64,000 nucleotides of DNA from the human T2T-CHM13v2.0 reference genome, Homo sapiens. The stretch lies in the NCBI RefSeq assembly GCF_009914755.1, contig NC_060933.1. One strand, given 5' to 3'. How positions within the stretch are numbered: position 1 is the stretch's first letter; every line of letters begins with the position of its first letter. The translations under genes and the position numbers were made by a program. Under the pieces are notes generated by a model. It did no database searches. It saw only the letters and a program-made list of their open reading frames with translations, and was not told where the DNA came from. Shown here in pieces: positions 61,104 through 64,000 of the stretch.

Positions 61104-63499
61104 AGGCTTAGAAGGCCATTTGACCCTTATGAGGATATCCTTATTATTAGGCTGTTATAAGAGGAGGCAGATAATTTTCCCATCATCACTTATTTGGATA
61201 TCTTTGGTAAGGATTGTAAACCAATGTCTGCTTGATTTTAATATCTATGGTCTTAGCCCCTGTGCTAACCTACATTTCCAAATTAGGAGATCGCTGTTTT
61301 ACACATCTTCCCTAAGGCATCTAGACCAGTGATTTGCACCTAGTAAGTGCTTCCTTTTTTAAAAAGTAATTTTTACACTATAATATGGGCTGCCTCTACA
61401 GAAGTGAAAAATATAGGGTGTCAATTGACCCTATGTTTTTGAAACATTTCCAAAAAGAGTTCTATAAACAGCAGCTGTTTTGAGCAGGGTATTCCAAAAA
61501 GCTTTCCTTAATATTCCCTTCCTCTTCTATGAAATAATCTCAAGGCAATAATCGTATTTCACACTTAATATTATTTCTAAAACCAGGGAAATATTAGTCA
61601 ATAAAAATCAGGCCTTCAAGAAGATATTAAGATTAGGCATGCAAATAAAGCACTTAATTAACACAGTCCTTGTTTCTGTTTCTTTTGAAACCAATGGTGA
61701 GATGAAATTTTTAATTTCTATAGTGTTTAAAATTCTGGAGTTATGTAAAATGCAGAAAAACTTGATGGAAGCCTCACTGCTGGACTGGCACCTTAGGGCA
61801 AGCTGAAGATAAGTGGATTTTTAAAACGTGAAATGTAGCATGTATTTTTAAAAAATCTCACTTCATACATGTACAATGTAATGAATAGTTACAAAGTTGA
61901 ACACTCCTGAAATCACACCTGAGGGAAGCCAGGCTGACAGTCTCAAGGGGTTTCACCTTGTTTTTCACCTCTGAGGAGATTGAAAGGTTCATAAGAGAAC
62001 TCAAACTCTGGTCATAATCTGAATGAACATTTCTGTCTGTCTTTTTCTAAAGCTTTCCTCCTCATTACTTCAACTACTCTGTCTAGGAAAACTGAAATTT
62101 AAATTTTCTTCCACTGGTTATTTCTGTATTCATAAAGCTTCAGAACTATCCTTGACGGTTCTGTTACAATCAATATTCTTTTCCCTCTATCAGCAGAATC
62201 AAGTTGTTATTTGGAAATTAATTTACGTCATCTTTTTTTCAACTATTCACTAGATCATTTTGTCACCCACATTTCACAGTGTGACATCTTGTCAAAACCA
62301 TTTTGCTGCAAGCCTTTTGAAACCAATTTCACAAGTCAAATGACTGGTCTATATACCAAGAGTAAATATCTTTGTAGTCAGCTAAAATGTTTCTGTCGTC
62401 ATTTTTAATGTGGTTGTCCTGTAAGAGCAAAACACTCAATTTTGACAGACTCACATACCCAGATACAGGTATAAGACAGGTTTAAATGAATGTAGCTTTA
62501 AATAAAAATTAGAATTGATTGCATATTTAGATGAAGCTAATTTAATAAAGCAATAAATATAACTCCATATGATAGAAATCATACCTCCGTAATTGTTTGC
62601 TGTTGTCATGTCTGACACTTGATAAATTAGGAGGAAGGCTGCCTACTAGAATGTTAGAGAAGATCAGCGAATTGTCATCTTAGACATAGTGCAAAGATGG
62701 TAGTCTCTCCATTGCCACCAATCAGAAGGAAAATTCATTTCCCTTCCATCAGTCTTCCTGTATAAAATTATGTGAATATTATTTTTTAAATAGTCAAATT
62801 TCTCAGATTAAAGGACAGCTGTTTACTTTCCCAAAAAATTTAAATAAATATTCTGCTTTTAAAATATATTCTTGGAAACGTAAAACATTGACAAATGAAA
62901 AACAGTCATTGAGTACTTAACCTAGATAGAGCAAAAATGTAAATGGAATGTCTTAAGAACACTTTCAGCAAATGAGCTCAATTGAGGCTATTTGCTTCTC
63001 TCCATGTAAAAGGAAAAGGCATTTTAAGTAGTTCACTTGAAGTTTTATTCTTGGACAGAAACACAACTTTATTGTACATTTAGGAAGGGATTTAAAGTTT
63101 TACTATATTTTTGGGTAGTACTTTACTATTTTCAAAATGCTCAAAGATTATAATCAATGTATAGAGAACGAGTAACAGTGAATATTATGTGGGACAAAAT
63201 TAGAAGATTATCTTTCCAGAATTGTGACAGGTAAAAATTAGTGTAATATAGTAAGGTTGGTTTTCTACAGAAATAATCCTCAATTACAGATGATTTGTTA
63301 AGGAGCTGTCTTTGAAAATAAGATACTTTTATAATCTCATTGAATGACTTAAAGTGGTATACAATAGCTCAATAAGGAACTAGACTGCAAGAGCGTTATT
63401 ACAAGATTCACTATGACATACTAATTTAAAGTGTTTACTGTCAAACCAACAATGTACAAGTCTGTATGGGATCAAGAAAATAAAAAGAAATATAGAGAA

Positions 63500-64000
63500 G
63501 AATAGTTTGTGTAACAAGTGATGCCTGCAACAGAGTAGCAATATCATTGAGTCATATTCTTTGTGTCCTTAGTTTGATCAAGCAGTGTCAGATTGCTCTT
63601 CACAACACCTGTACCAGTCTACACTCTCACCAACAGTGCATTCGAATTCTCACATCCCCACATTCCTGACATTTCTCCCAATAATCTAACATTTCAATTG
63701 TTATCACATTGAGATTTTTTTTTTTGTTTTGCTTTTGTCTAATTGGCAGTAAGATTGAACAATTAGTTATAATAACTTCTTTCCTTTATTGTAAATTGTC
63801 AGTTAAATGCTATTTCTATGTTTTTAAATAGGGATTTCTGGTTTTCCTTTTACTTTTTTTTTCTTGATTTATAAGACTTCTGTTTTTTACTAAATATTAT
63901 CCACATCTCAAATTTATATGGCTTCTCTGACACTGTCAAGTGTCACAAACATTGTTCATTATATCCAGTATTTTAAGTTATCGTACATAAAGGAATCTGT
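63500..64000 (-). mobile_element. Ancient L1ME-like fragment
   Basis: 'tgtcagattgctcttcacaacacctgtaccagtctacactctcaccaacagtgca'. Confidence 0.65.

Overview
This is AT-rich, CpG-poor primate (human or ape-like) genomic DNA with no recognisable host exon, RNA gene or CpG island, so it is intergenic or deep intronic. It is dominated by transposable elements: 12 Alus (J, S and Y types), a nested LINE-1 block at about 14.5-28.9 kb containing a young 5'-truncated L1PA2/3-type copy with a broken ORF2, and further L1 fragments. It also holds MaLR LTRs (THE1 x2, MST, MLT1), ERV1-class LTRs (MER41B and MER31/MER39/MER67-like), Tigger2a, a MER58-like element, MIR and L2 relics, and microsatellites. The only ORFs with recognisable protein similarity are L1 ORF2 pieces; many others are Alu, microsatellite or antisense-L1 read-throughs. 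I found no evidence of a novel gene system. The most interesting signals are structural: a probable 60-bp L1 3' transduction, an L1-into-L1 insertion that seems to have resolved by homology, several deletion or repair scars between 31.8 and 43.5 kb, a recent 81-bp tandem duplication, and a MER41B LTR that has lost its STAT1/GAS motifs. Subfamily names come from my recall of consensus sequences and need RepeatMasker/Dfam confirmation.
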